This document shows positions 1 to 14,050 of a stretch of 64,000 nucleotides of DNA, one piece after another (the first letter of the stretch is position 1; each line of letters starts with the position of its first letter). The position numbers and the translations under genes are program-made. The notes beneath the pieces are model-generated. The model worked only from the letters and a program-made list of their open reading frames with translations, was not told the DNA's origin and searched no databases. The stretch comes from the human T2T-CHM13v2.0 reference genome, Homo sapiens. The stretch lies in the NCBI RefSeq assembly GCF_009914755.1, contig NC_060932.1; one strand, 5' to 3'.

Positions 1-515
1 TAAATAATATATTATTGTTCCAATAAAGTCAATACTTTTTTTTTATAAAAATTCAAACAACAGAGAAAGGAATAAAATGAAAAGTCAGTTTTCTGACACC
101 CCATCCCAGCTCCTACCATCACTTTTAAGATTTTTTTCTGTATCATCCCAAAAATGTGTATCCATATGTGAAATATAAAATTCAGTTCTACAGATTTTTG
201 CACTTTATCTTGGGGCCTTTCAAATGAGAACCCCTAGGACTGCCTCATTTTTTGAAATTGCTGCTTATTTTTCATTATATTATTTGGTTATAAATCCCTC
301 TCTTGCTGATGCATGTCTAGGTTGATTTCATTGCAAGACTTACAGTAAGACTCTGTGCCATACATTGGCATGATTTGGTGAGCAAATCTGTAAGATAAAT
401 CCTTAGAAGAAGTGGAACTGACATATCAAACTGTATGTGTATTTTAAATAAATATTACCAAAGTATCCTCTAAAAATGTCTATTTACTTTTCCATCACAG
501 CATCTGAAAAGTGCC

Positions 516-790
516 TTTTTTTTTTCGAGACAGAGTCTTGCTCTGTTGCCCAGGCTGGAGTGGCACAATCTCTGCTCACTGCAAGCCCCACCTCCAGGGT
601 TCAAACAGTTCTCCTGCCTCAGCAGCTAGGACTGCATGCGCGCCACCACGCCTGGCTAATTTTTCTATTTTTAGTAGAGACGAGTTTCGCCATGTTGGCC
701 AGGCTGGTCTCAAACTCCTGACCTCAAGTGATCCGCTCACCTCAGCCTCCCAAAGTGCTAGAATTACAGGCATGAGCGACTGTGCCCGGC
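516..790 (-). mobile_element. Alu (AluS-like)
   Basis: Poly-T followed by reverse-complement Alu ending gcccggc. Degenerate TSD gaaagtgc. Confidence 0.95.
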
Positions 791-1144
791 ATGGAAAGTG
801 CTTTGAATTAACTTTTAATTTTACTAACTCGGAAGAAAACCATTAATGATTATGTTATAACAGGAGATTGAAAGATCATAATTCCAGGACCACATGTGAG
901 CTGTAGGCAGGGCATTCGAGATACTTAGAGCCTGTTTTCCAAAGTGAGACAGAGCTTTCTCTTCTTTCGCATGTAAATCACATTCACATCTTGATTATTG
1001 TTTCCTGGGATGATTAAGTGGTCTGGAGAGACTCCTCACAAATGCCACATTTTCCATCCAGTTGTAAAATGCTAATAACCTGCTTCCAGTTTCAGAACAC
1101 GTTTATCTTCTTGAAAAAAGCAAAGGTTTCTTTTAAAGAAATGC

Positions 1145-1430
1145 TTTTTTTTTTTTGAGATGGAGTCTCACTCGGTCACCAAGGCTGGAGTGCAGTGGTG
1201 CAGTCTCAGCTCATTGCAACCTCCACTTCCAGGCTCAAGTGGTTATTGTGCCTCAGCCTTCTGAGTAGCTGGGATTACAGGCACACACCACTATGCCCAG
1301 CTAATTTTTGTATTTTTAGTAGAGACAGGGTTTCACCATGTTGGCCCCTCAAACTCCAGACCTCAGGTGATCCGCCTGCCTCAGCTCACCAAAGTACTGG
1401 GATTGCAGGCATGAGTCACTGAGCCCGGCC
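1145..1430 (-). mobile_element. Alu (AluS-like)
   Basis: Poly-T plus Alu body. TSD tgcttt. Confidence 0.95.
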
Positions 1431-3128
1431 TGCTTTGCTTTTTGTTTTTGTTTTTTCTTCTACATTTCATGTTGAACCTGCTCTGACTGTGGAACCAAAC
1501 AAGAGATTGCAAAACTTGCCTTCAGAGGAACAAGTCCGTGTGAAGCCAAAGCATCCCTCTGCCCCACCCTTCATCCTCTCTGATGCAGGAATAGTTAATG
1601 GGGGTTGGCAGAAACCTGCATGACAGCCACTTCCTGGGTGATATTGGCAAGGTGCCCGTGCAGATGGCTTTAGTTTTCTCACCTCTCACATGAGAGAATT
1701 GCACTAGGGCCCCAGGGCACAGGGTATGGGTGAGGTTTTCTCCATCCATATTCCACTTGCTTTACCTTACTCAAAGTTGGAGAATGGTCAAACACAAAAG
1801 CTAAACGTTTGGGGAGACTTAGTTGGGACGCTGCCCTTTGCTTCTGCATTTGTTCTGACCCAGCTGCTATCACACAGCAGAGCTGTGCAAAGAAAGAGCC
1901 AAAACAGGACTGACCACTTCCTCTGTCAGCTCAGCTCTCATTTTGGCTGCAGAGAACAATGAAAGTGCCTATTAAAACCCAGCAAGAAGAGAGGACTCTA
2001 TAATAAGGAAAACCTCAGAGTACCATGTTTGAACTTATGGCCTGCATTTCTGCAGAGAGGTTAAGCTGTTCTTCCCAACCACTGAAATCCTGATTTCTCA
2101 TCTCTGCTTTCTAAATATAATGACACCAAACTAGTGCACCTTCCCTTGGTCTTTTTAAGATCCCATCCAGTGCAGCATACGTGATATGTAGCTTCTCACT
2201 AGAAATGCTTTCTCTTCCCTGAAGCACGTTCGCTAAAGGCATGGAGCGTGTTGTACTCTATAGCCAGGAACTTCCTTTATATGCAGAATTGGAAATTCGA
2301 AGGAAAACTTAGGACCTGAGGTTTGGAGCCCTCTGGCCCAATTAGCATGCAAAATTATTAAAAACCAACAAATGAGGCAACTGAGACATAGGCCAAGGTC
2401 CCAGAAAAATGTTCTCCCCTCTCACCCCTTTTGCACCCTTAATTGTAAGGCAGAATTTGGAAACAGCAATCCAACACCAGCATCAAACCAGGATGTGTCT
2501 GAGTTAGTCTCATGTCCCTTGGGATCCAAGTCTGGAGAATATTGGCTGTTGGCTAAAGTCGTGGAGGATTTTTTAGGCAGACTTTTCTGAACCAGTGGTT
2601 TGCCTGTGAACTCGGAAGTATTTTAGGTGTCAGGGTATATTTGTTCCCTGTTATTTCCAGCTTGCCTAATCCAGAGTGTGGCAGCCGTTGCAAACAGTAA
2701 GAACATAGATGCTGTGTTGCCTAAGGCCATGTTTATGGAGAGATAGTTCCCCAGGTAAGAGTCAAGAGAATTAGCCAGAGGAGGTCTTTAGGAGTGCCTT
2801 TAGATTCCATAGAAGACAGCTACCATTTGCCATGTAGTGGAGAAACCAATTTCATCTACAAGGGCTGCATGTTAGCATCTATTTCAAAGTATCCCCAAGA
2901 GTATTAACACCTGAGAAACTATAGGATCCTCGGAGGCCTGGAGTGGCCTGGAGGTGGTGGGGTGGGGGTGGGGGCTCCAAGAGTGAATTCTGACCTCTCA
3001 CCAGCTGTAATTCCACACCTGGAGAGCTTTAAGGATCCGTAAACTCAGAGGAAGAATGCGTTAGGTTGGAATGCAGTATGCTTGTCATAGAACCAGGCAT
3101 ATCTTTTCTGAATACAAAAATCATAATA

Positions 3129-3492
<364 letters not shown>

Positions 3493-5228
3493 TCACCTGA
3501 TGAGGTTTGTGTAGCTACAGGACTTTACTTCTGCTGGGCAAGGGCGTGGATAGGGAATGTTTGGGTATGCAGTGCTAGCCTCTAATGAGTGTGTGTATAA
3601 TGCGGCGAGTACTGAGTTTGGTGCCCCAAACTCATAGCATCTAAGAAACAAAGAAAAATTAATCAGTGCATGTGCTAATTCTTGAAGTTAAGCTTCTCTG
3701 CTAATACCTAGTACCCCTTGTCAGATTTACCCAAGTAGTGATACGGTGTAGATCTGATCAAAGTCACTGACTAACAGCTCCTACAGGAAAGCAAGAGAAA
3801 ACAGAGGGAAGGACAAAATCACTTCCTTCCAGCTGCCTGAATACACGAAGGGTTTTTTGTGCTGGGACCTACCATACAGTCTAAAGCAGAACCTCTTGGT
3901 TCTCTTTGGTCATCTAGGGAATTAGAAGTGTTACCGATTATGTTGCTAAAAGATCCCTGGTCTCCTCACAGATTGGAAAATGTACCAGTGGTAATTTGTG
4001 TGAACTAGACATAGAAGGAAGAACAATTGAACCGAGATAACAATCTGCCTAGAGCTATTTGATTTCAGGGGCAGCTTTGAGACAAAATGCATGTTCAGAG
4101 AGGTTGAAAATGGAGAGAGTAGCTGAAATTATAGACTATTAGTGCTGCAAGGGGCCTTCACAATGATGTCATCGGTCATTTTCTAAAGGAGGAAACTCAG
4201 GCAGGGCAGGCTGACAGCTGGTGAAGTGTTCACTCCACTGCTCACCCTCAAATTGGAGCAGAAGCAGAAAGGGGCATACTGGTGGCATCAGGATAGCCTT
4301 GTAGTAAAGACAAGGAAGACAAAATCAATAAACATGGAGAAATAAGCCTAAGGCTTAAAGAAGAGACTAACCAGGAAACTGATCTGTTATGAACCTCCCT
4401 AGCCGACTGGACTTGGGATGGGAAGGAATCCTGACCGTAGGCAGGTTGTCCTTGTCTCTGAGGGCACTGATGAAAGCATTGACCAGGGTTCTGATCACAC
4501 CCCACTCCCATCTCCCAGCCTCAGCTTCTGTTGTGTTGATGATAAATTGAGAATCAGACGCCTCGCTGGTGACGGTTTCTGCTGCCCAGAATGCAGAAAG
4601 GTCAGGAAGTGGATGTGTGCTCACGGCTCCCAGTCCTCCTGCTCATCAGGCTGGGAGTTTGGTGACTGAGGCTTACAGTCCTTTGAGAGCCTCATAAGTA
4701 GGTGGTCTTACCCTCCTTTTTTTATCCAGGAGGTGGCAACTGATCCTCCTCCTGCTCTCAGCCTCTTCTGTTAGAGGGAGGAGGGAGAGGAAGTGAATCA
4801 TCTGCCCTAGCCTCCGTCTGTCCCCATTGCTTTCCTGGGGAGCGTGGGATGGGGAGACCTGTGGACTGCAGGATTTCAGCACCTGCTGAGATCACTGCCA
4901 TCTAGATCTTCCCTCTTCTGGCTCGCTATTTCTTCTGCGCCCTTCATTCTGACTATTGAGGGGGAAATTCGTGGGCATGTAAAAGTGACTGGTCCAGACT
5001 GCACCACCACTGCTTGATTTATTATTAACTTGAGCCCTCCTGGAAGGGGTATAAATCACTCACTCAGCCTTGCTGCCAGGGGCCCCGCCTATCATTAGCA
5101 AATGGGAAGGGCAACTCCCTATGATCTTGATAAACCACAGGGAAACAAGGATTGCTTACTACAGATGGGAAAGTGGGCAAGGAGAGCTTAAGAAACACGG
5201 TGCTCCCTCTTGAATTTCATTTTCACTT

Positions 5229-5508
5229 GTGACAGTCTCACTCTATAGCCCAGGTGGGAGTGCGGTGGCACAGTCTCGGCTCACTGCAATTTCTGACTCC
5301 TAGGTTCAAGTGATCCTCTCCCCTCAGCCTCCTGAGTAGCTGGGATTATAGGCATGCACCACCACGCCCAGCTAATTTTTGTATCTTTTGTAGAGTTGGG
5401 GGTTCGCCATTTTGCCCAGGCTGGTCTTGAACTCCTGAGCTCAAGTGATCCTCCCGCCTTGGCCTCCCAAAGTGCTGAGATTACAGGCATAAGCCACCGT
5501 GCCCAGCC
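5229..5508 (-). mobile_element. Alu (AluJ/S-like)
   Basis: Reverse-complement Alu body. Confidence 0.93.
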
Positions 5509-6183
5509 CCTGTTGAGTCTTATGATAGATGATAGAGCCAAGGAGGATATTGGTGCAAGGACCCCATAGTCTTGCTCAGCTCCCCAGGGCTTTTCTTTGC
5601 ATGAATCCATTGGTTCTCAGCTCCTGTGTTCAACAGGTTGCATGCACTGAGTTTGTCCTCCCGTCAGCGTTGCATTCAAGGTTGTGCCCTGCTGTCGCTC
5701 ACTAATGCTGCCTCGGTCACTGAGGCTGGGGCATGAATGTCAGCCCATGGCCATCCATCTTGCTCCCTAGAGAGACCCTCCTCCCTGTGGAGCAGCAGAA
5801 ATAAAGAGACCCAGTCTTGATCTATGTGGCTTGCAACTGGTGTTTGAGCCTCAGGGATCTATTCTGTTCCCTCTTGGGTTGGAGAAAGCAGAGAAGGGCT
5901 CAGTGTGAGCTAGAAGGTTATTAACTGTTCAGGAGCAGCCCTAGAAATGTCCTGTGCACCTGAGTGAGGTGACACAAGACTCATAATTTGCTTCCTTTGG
6001 GGCCTTCTACCCCTTGTCTTCTCCTATGCTTTTGTTCTGCTTTTTTTTGTTGTTTTCTGGTCCTACTGCCAAGGTGTGGAAAGGCATAGAGACACTCCAT
6101 GCTCTTCCCTTAGGGTGATGTGGCATGGAGAACTCAATGAGGGGCACACATCCTAAGTACACATTTCCTTAGGGCTGCAACCC

Positions 6184-6533
<350 letters not shown>

Positions 6534-6559
6534 TAAAAAATTCCACGGAAACCACACAT

Positions 6560-7030
6560 GTTCGAGTTTGTTATTGCTGTTGCAGCATTGTTTGCAAAAT
6601 ATTGGAAACAATTTAAGTGTCCATCAAAAAGGGATGGTTAAATTATGATACTTGCATATGGTGATATATTATGGTGAGACTGTTTAAAATAATTAAATAG
6701 ATCTGCATATTTGATTTAAAAATCTCTCCAAGATGTGAAAGAAAAGCATTATTCCAAACAGTAGCCACCGTTTGCTCTTTTCTATGTAATTTGTGTGTGT
6801 GTGTGTGTGTGTGTGCGCACGCGTGCAGGCACGCATTTGTTTGGATTGTTGGAGGGATGCATGAAACACTACTGACAGTGGTTTCCTCTGATGAGAGAGC
6901 TGAGTATGAGGGACAGGGTAGGAGGAAGACTTAGTTGTCAATCTATACCTTTTCTGCATTTTGATTTTTTCCATTGTGCATATATTGTCTATTAGAGAAA
7001 TAGAAAAGAAGTAACATAAAATTAATTGCT
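6560..7030 (+). mobile_element. Old L1M (L1ME-like) 3' fragment
   Basis: gcagcattgtttgcaaaatattggaaacaatttaagtgtccatcaa...ggttaaattatg resembles L1M 3' ends. Confidence 0.55.
6792..6827. repeat. (TG)12 plus alternating purine-pyrimidine extension
   Basis: tgtgtg...tgcgcacgcgtgca. Confidence 0.95.
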
Positions 7031-7130
7031 CTGACCAAATAAATAAATAAATAAAGGGAAACAAGTCTGCAGGACCCTGGAATTGAGTGGCACTGGCCTT
7101 GGTCTTATGGTTTCTGTCTCTCCTCTTCAG

Positions 7131-7882
7131 GTCCCTCGTCTGAGCTGGCTCACTCGCCCACCAACAGCGGGAAGAAGCTCTTTGCTCCCGTTCCGTTTCC
7201 TTCAGGCTCCACTGAGGACGTGTCCCCCAGTGGCCCCCAGCAGCCCCCTCCACTCCCCCAGAAAAAGATAGTGAGCCGGGCAGCCTCTTCACCGGATGGC
7301 TTCTTCTGGACCCAAGGCTCCCCCAAGCCCGGAACAGCAAGCCCCAAGCTGAACCTAAGCCACTCGGAAACCAACGTCCACGACGAATCTCACTTTAGCT
7401 ATTCGTTGAGCCCCGGGAACCGCCACCATCCTGTCTTCTCCTCTTCCGATCCTCTGGAGAAAGCTTTCAAAGGCAGTGGCCACTGGCTTCCGGCAGCAGG
7501 GCTGGCGGGCAACAGAGGCGGCTGCGGGAGCCCTGGCCTCCAGTGCAAAGGGGCCCCCTCCGCCTCATCCTCCCAGCTGAGCGTGTCCAGTCAAGCCTCC
7601 ACCGGGAGCACCCAGCTTCAGCTGCACGGTCTCCTGAGCAACATCAGCAGCAAGGAGGGCACCTATGCCAAGCTGGGGGGACTCTACACCCAGTCCCTGG
7701 CCCGCCTTGTAGCCAAATGTGAGGACCTCTTCATGGGCGGCCAGAAAAAGGAGCTCCACTTCAATGAGAATAACTGGTCGCTCTTCAAGCTGACTTGTAA
7801 CAAGCCCTGCTGTGACTCGGGGGATGCCATTTATTACTGTGCCACCTGCTCTGAGGACCCCGGCAGCACCTATGCTGTGAAA
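7131..7882 (+). CDS. PRAG1: PRAG1 penultimate coding exon (752 bp): Crk-SH3 motif, 14-3-3-type site, N-terminal SHED dimerisation helix, pseudokinase N-lobe up to the beta3 Lys
   Basis: Acceptor tttctgtctctcctcttcag|GT at 7130/7131. Frame reads PSSELAHSPTNSGKKLFAPVPFPSGSTEDVSPSGPQQPPPLPQKKIVSRAASSPD...YAKLGGLYTQSLARLVAKCEDLFM...CCDSGDAIYY...TYAVK. Donor AAA|gtaggt at 7882/7883 is phase 0 and joins in frame to 16290. Peptide recognised as SgK223/Pragmin. Confidence 0.96.
7244..7294 (+). other. PRAG1: Encoded tandem linear motifs: PPPLPQKK (Crk nSH3-binding PxLPxK) and RAASSP (14-3-3 mode-I-like phosphosite)
   Basis: Direct translation. The tandem arrangement is an established PEAK-family feature. 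Confidence 0.85.
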
Positions 7883-8009
7883 GTAGGTACCACTCCCTCC
7901 TTGCATTCTGCTGTGCCACTGGCTGGTGCTGGCTTGGGCAGAACTGTGGCCTGAGCAAGTCATTTCACCTGTCTGGGCATTAGGAGGGGAGTTGATTCCT
8001 AAGCATTCT

Positions 8010-8303
8010 TTTTTTTCTTGTAAGATAAGAGTCTCACTTTGTTGCCCAGGCTGGAGTGCAGTGGCACAATCTTGGCTCACTACAGCCTCCGCCTCCCATT
8101 TTAAAGCGATTCTCCTGCCTCATCCTCCTGAGTAGCTGGGATTATCTGTGTGCACCACGGTACCCAGCTAATTTTTGTATTTTTAGTAGAAATGGGGTTT
8201 TGCCATATTGGCCCGGCTGGTCTTGAACTCCTGACCTCAGATGATCCACCCACCTCGGCCTCCCAAAATGCTGGGATTACAGGTGTGAGCCACCACCCCT
8301 GAC
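8010..8303 (-). mobile_element. Alu (AluS-like)
   Basis: TSD cctaagcattcttt on both sides. Confidence 0.95.
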
Positions 8304-8454
8304 CCCTAAGCATTCTTTTAACACTTAGTGCTCAGCAGCTTCACTCTCTCTCTGCCCCAGGACATGGTGCAATGAGATTTGTAGTATGAATATAAGACAC
8401 ATTCTGTGCTTTAGCTGAGTTAAGAAAACAGTTGCCTTTTAGTGCAACGGAGAG

Positions 8455-8590
8455 TTTATTCATTTATTGACCAGGTTTTTATTGAGTGTCTACTATAGGC
8501 CAGGTACTTTGCCACAATCTGAGTATGTAGGTGTGAATATAAGCTTCCTTATAGAGCTATGATGTAGTGAGGGAGATGGATAATGAGGTC
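8455..8590 (-). mobile_element. L2 3'-end fragment
   Basis: ttattcatttatt...ttattgagtgtctactataggccaggtact. Confidence 0.6.
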
Positions 8591-8644
8591 ATTCTTCTAA
8601 TGTTAGATCCAGAAGGAGCATTCGACCTAGGAATCATCTTGAAC

Positions 8645-8920
8645 AATAATAGTAATAATATCATTTGTGTGAGCATTCACTCTACAACTAGACTCTTACC
8701 TCTAATCCTAACAGTAATCCTACAGGTTAGGTAGGTTTTACAGATGGAGGATCTGAGGCTCAAAGTGGTTAAGTAATTTGCCCATAGCTAGTTGGTGGCT
8801 GGAATGGATTTGAGCTCTTCTGTGTCTGTCTCCAAAGCCTAAGTTATGTCCCTACCATTTAAGATAAATGAAGTTCAGAGACATTAAGTGACTAGCTCAA
8901 GGCAGCACAGCTCTTTAACC
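8645..8920 (-). mobile_element. MIR fragment(s)
   Basis: MIR core ttacagatggaggatctgaggctcaaagtggttaagtaatttgccca. Confidence 0.7.
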
Positions 8921-9264
8921 TTTGATGCTGGATCAGGCCTCTTGCTACCCACACTGTATTGCACTGTCAGAGTGCAGCTCTGTGTGAGCTAGTTGAGCCA
9001 TCTGCACCCATTTGGGCCACTGGAGTCTCTACCATGAACTCCAGTCCTTCCTGTGGCCCTATTTGTCATCTTCTTTTGCTGTTCCTTGATTACCTATTGA
9101 GACCCTGGCCCTTCTATAAATGTGGGCTTTTATTGGGAGTCAGGAGGGAGACCCTGAGCTATCTTCTCTCATCACCTGCCCTAAGACATCGCTTTTTTTT
9201 CCAGTTAGAAAAGTGCAAAGAATAAGCTAATTTGAAATGGCCTTGGTGGGGTAGCTTGCTTACC

Positions 9265-9516
9265 AACAATTTTTTAAAATAATATTGCTAACATTTTAAA
9301 AATAATATTAAACAATATTTAAGTAATATTATTATTACTATTAATATTCAGTATATATAAATAATATATAGTAGTTGTAATTAATAGTAGTAATAATACT
9401 AATATTCAATATATATTATTTATAATTATTTATTATTTATATATACTGAATATTATTAATAGTAGTAGTAATAGTATTATTATAAATAATATATACTGAA
9501 TAATATTATTCAGTAT
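9265..9516. repeat. AT-rich block composed of nested inverted repeats and a perfect palindrome
   Basis: 25-bp perfect inverted repeat 9342-9366/9431-9455. 24-bp perfect palindrome 9493-9516. Confidence 0.9.
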
Positions 9517-9643
9517 CAAGAGACAGCTGACCTTTCTGTTTTGAGGAGGAAAAAGCCTGGTGGAAGACACTGAATTCCTCTTGTCCATGGTATAGAAAGT
9601 GAGGTGACCCTTCTGCAAGAAGTAAGGGGCCCTTGGGACAAAC

Positions 9644-9963
9644 TTTTTTTTTTTTTAATTATTATTAATGTATTTATTTAGAGACAGAGTCTCGCTCTGT
9701 TGCCCAGGCTGGAGTACGTGGTGTGATCTCGGCTGACTGCAACCTCCATCTCCTGGGTTCAAGCGATTCTCCTGCCTCAGTCTCCTGAGTAACTGGGACT
9801 ACAGGCGCCGCCCCCTCACCACGCCTGGCTAATTTTTGTATTTTTAGCAGAGATGGGGTTTCCCCATATTGGCCAGGCTGGTCTCGAACTCCTGACCTTG
9901 TGATCCACCTGCCTCGGCCTCCGAAAGTGCTGGGATTACAGACATGAGCCACCGTGCCCCGCC
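9644..9963 (-). mobile_element. Alu (AluS-like)
   Basis: Poly-T/AT tail plus Alu body. Confidence 0.95.
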
Positions 9964-11774
9964 ACAGTTTTGTTTTTCACAAACATAAATAATTGTGCTG
10001 TGCAGCTTGGATTCTAGGGCCCCATATATTACTGCAGAATTAGCCGTATTCTCTAATAAACAACACAAAAGAAATTTAACTTTCCTTAAGAATGTTAAAA
10101 ACAAGTGTTGCTCCTTATTTCATTAGAAACAGAAGCCACACAGAAACCAAAAGATAAGCCTTAGCCCTCTAAACAGGAGCCGCAGGGGTTTCCTAGTTGA
10201 CTTTCCTGGAGACGTGGTAGCTCAAGGACCGTCTCTGTGCCACGTGAAAAAGGAAAGTTGGAGACTAGCATCCAATATGCAGAGGATGGTAATTCTTGGA
10301 ACAACGTTACCAGGAACAATATTAATTTGCAAATGTGCCTGGCCTGGTCATTGGGGGGGCGGGCCGTGGGGGCCCTGGAGCATCATTTCGCACGGGCAGC
10401 TGTTCCACTTCATTAGCTCTCCAGTCTAGACGAAATACAGTCATCTGGGGATCCGCAGGAGGGGGAGTGGGTCTCCCTTCCCAGCCAGCGAGCTGCCTGT
10501 CTGAGGCTGAGCGCATTTTATCTGCACATGTTAAACAGGGAGCCGGCACTGAAGGCAGACGGAGCCTCGTTTGCGGTCGCGGAGTCCTAGTTAACAATAG
10601 CAGGCTCACACCTGCTCCTTGCTGATGCTGGAACCTACTACTTTGGGCTCAGCGCCCTGCAGCAGTGAGGAGATAAAGCTGGTTCTTGTAGCTCCACCGC
10701 ATGAATAGGTGACAGGAAAAAAAATATCATTAGTTGTGTGTGCGTCTTCGAAGCAGTTTCATTTCTCAGCCATCTAGACAGAATTCTAGTTTGGTAATTA
10801 GGGCCCCGTTTTAAGCTGCTGGGCCTTTTTTATTTAACAGACATGATTTAGCCCAGACTTTCGCCCGTGAATGAGGCCCTGACTCCAAAGTTTAAATGAG
10901 TCCTGGCTCAGCAAAACGTTAGAAACTTGAGCTGAACCAAGAGTCTATGTAAAGTTCTAGAGCTAAAAATCCGAGTGCAGGGCCCCCTGAAAATGAAATG
11001 AGGTTGGTTGGGGGCAGGGAGTAGGGAGATGGAGATGGAGAAAAAGCCACTCCCTCCCCCACCGCCCCTTCCCCCACCCAGTGCTGTGGAATGATCTCCG
11101 GCGCGGGCCTACAGCTCACTCACAGGGCTAGTTAGCATGCGCCCAACGCAGCCTTCTCCGTTGCTGGCCTTTGAGGAAGCTGCGGGTCTTGCCAAAGGCC
11201 CAGTGCACTGATTTTGAAATGCATCCAGCCCAGTTGCCATTTACTCTGCTCCTTCATTTACATCTCTGTGCAAAATGTCAGCAGCCTGACTGGAGCTCCA
11301 GGCCTCAAGTGTTTGCTGGGCCCAGGCTTTTCATACCCCTGAGAAAAAGGAGCCTTGGAAACTCTTCCCAGGCCCCTGGGCAGCTGTGCTCTTCGGGTTT
11401 GCACAATACCTGCAGGCCAGCTCTGGATGCCTCCGCATCACCAGAGGGCTACAGCCGAGATGGCAAGAGCAGTCACCATAGCAACCTTCCCCATTGTGCT
11501 TGCCCTGGGCTGGGCCTGGCGCTGAGAGCCATGCCTGCATCATTTCATCTGATCCTCACAATGGCCCTACGAGGAAGGACTATCCCTGCCCCTGTCATTC
11601 AGAGGAGAAAACATGCTTTGAGATAAATACCGTCCATCTTCATTATTTATGGATTCTGTATTTGCAAAATCATCTACCCGCTCAAATTTATGTGTAATTC
11701 CAAAATCAATACTCGAAGCGCTTTCCAGTGATTTCTGGATACGTGTAAGGGAAGGAAAAATTTGAGTCACCTGA

Positions 11775-12421
<647 letters not shown>

Positions 12422-12557
12422 CCCAATGTGCATGTTTCCAGCTGAAGGGGAATGAGGCGACAGTCTCCCATCTTGTTTCAGCCCTCATCCTGGAAGCCAG
12501 GGTCATTTTTTGCAGTCTATTTAGTGTCTTGTTTTTCACATTTGTGTGCTTTTTGTT

Positions 12558-13132
12558 TGTTAATGAAAAGAGTCCAACTCTGTAAAATATTAGATTTATT
12601 CTGAGCCAAATATAAGTCACCTATGGCCCATGACACAGCCCTCAGGAGATCCTGAGACCATGTTCCCAAAGTGGTCAGGCCACAACTTGGTTTTGTACAT
12701 TTTAGGGAGACACAGTTATCAATCAATACATGTATGATGTACATTGAAGTTGAGGGGGCCGGGGGAGCTTCCAAGTCGTCGGTGGATTCAAAGATTTTCT
12801 GATTGGCACTTGGTTGAGAGAGTTATTATCAATAGAAAGGAATGTCTGGATTATGAGAAGGGGTTATGGAGACCAAGACTTTATCATGCAGACGAAGCCT
12901 CCAGGTAGCAGGCTTGAGTGAGAACACATTGTAAATATTTTTATCAGACTTGAAGAGACTGCCCTATCAGTAATCCCAACAGGGAGGAGGGTAGCATGAG
13001 GCATGTCCAGCGCCCCCTTCCCATCATGGCCTGAACTCATTTTTTTATGTTCACTTTGGAATGCCCTTGACTGAGAGGAGGGGTCCATTTCAGATGGTTG
13101 GAGGGCCTTAGAATTTTATTTTTGGGTTTACA
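12558..13132 (-). mobile_element. MER4-family ERV1 solo LTR
   Basis: TG...CA ends and 4-bp TSD tgtt. The reverse complement starts TGTAAACCCAAAAATAAAATTCTAAGGCCC, as in MER4A. Confidence 0.82.
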
Positions 13133-13166
13133 TGTTGGTGATTTTGCTGTTTAAAATGGCCCAAGC

Positions 13167-13468
<302 letters not shown>

Positions 13469-13889
13469 TTAGTGTTCCTAACCACCACAAGGCTGGGATG
13501 TGCCTCATGGGTAAAAACATATGTGTTAGATAAGCATTTTTCAGGGATGAGCTCTAGTGCTGTTGCCCGTGAGTTCCTCTTAATGACTCAACAAGGTATG
13601 TTAAACAAGGTATCTCTAAACAGAAGCATACATGAAACAAGGTTGAATACTGGTGGGTTAATGAAAATATTGTGACCAGAGGTTCCCAGGAAACTTACCT
13701 TGTATTTCCCCTAGGAAAAACGGTTCACTATTCACTAATTCAGTGTTTATGGCTTCTTCACAGAACATAACTCCTGCAAATAATGAAAATCCCCTGTAAC
13801 TTGACAAAGGTTACAGAGCTAATACTTAAACCCAGGCCTTTTTTCACTCCAGAGCCCATGCTTTTGACCTCTGCAACACTTCTCGGTTG

Positions 13890-14050
13890 TATAGTCCTGA
13901 GCAAATAATTTAACTTCTGGAAGCCCCAGTTTCCTCCTCTGTAATAGCATCTTCCTCCTTGGATTTAATGAGATTGAATGAGATGCTGCATGGAACCCTC
14001 ACAGTTGGCACAGTACTTGCACATGCAAGAGCCCAGTCTGTAATCTGTTA
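13890..14050 (+). mobile_element. MIR
   Basis: ctgagcaaataatttaacttct...cagtttcctcctctgtaa. Confidence 0.6.

Noticed and set aside
4723-4740. Weaker CTCF-like motifs (ccaggaggtggca here; cgccaggtggca at ~18430; ctaccagaggcc on the minus strand at ~25482)
   Set aside because: They mismatch at informative core positions and cannot be supported without matrix scoring or ChIP data.
6693-8080. Minus-strand ORFs 6693..7340 (215 aa) and 7565..8080 (171 aa)
   Set aside because: They run antisense through the PRAG1 exon into L1, (CA)n or Alu sequence, giving composite non-coding peptides.
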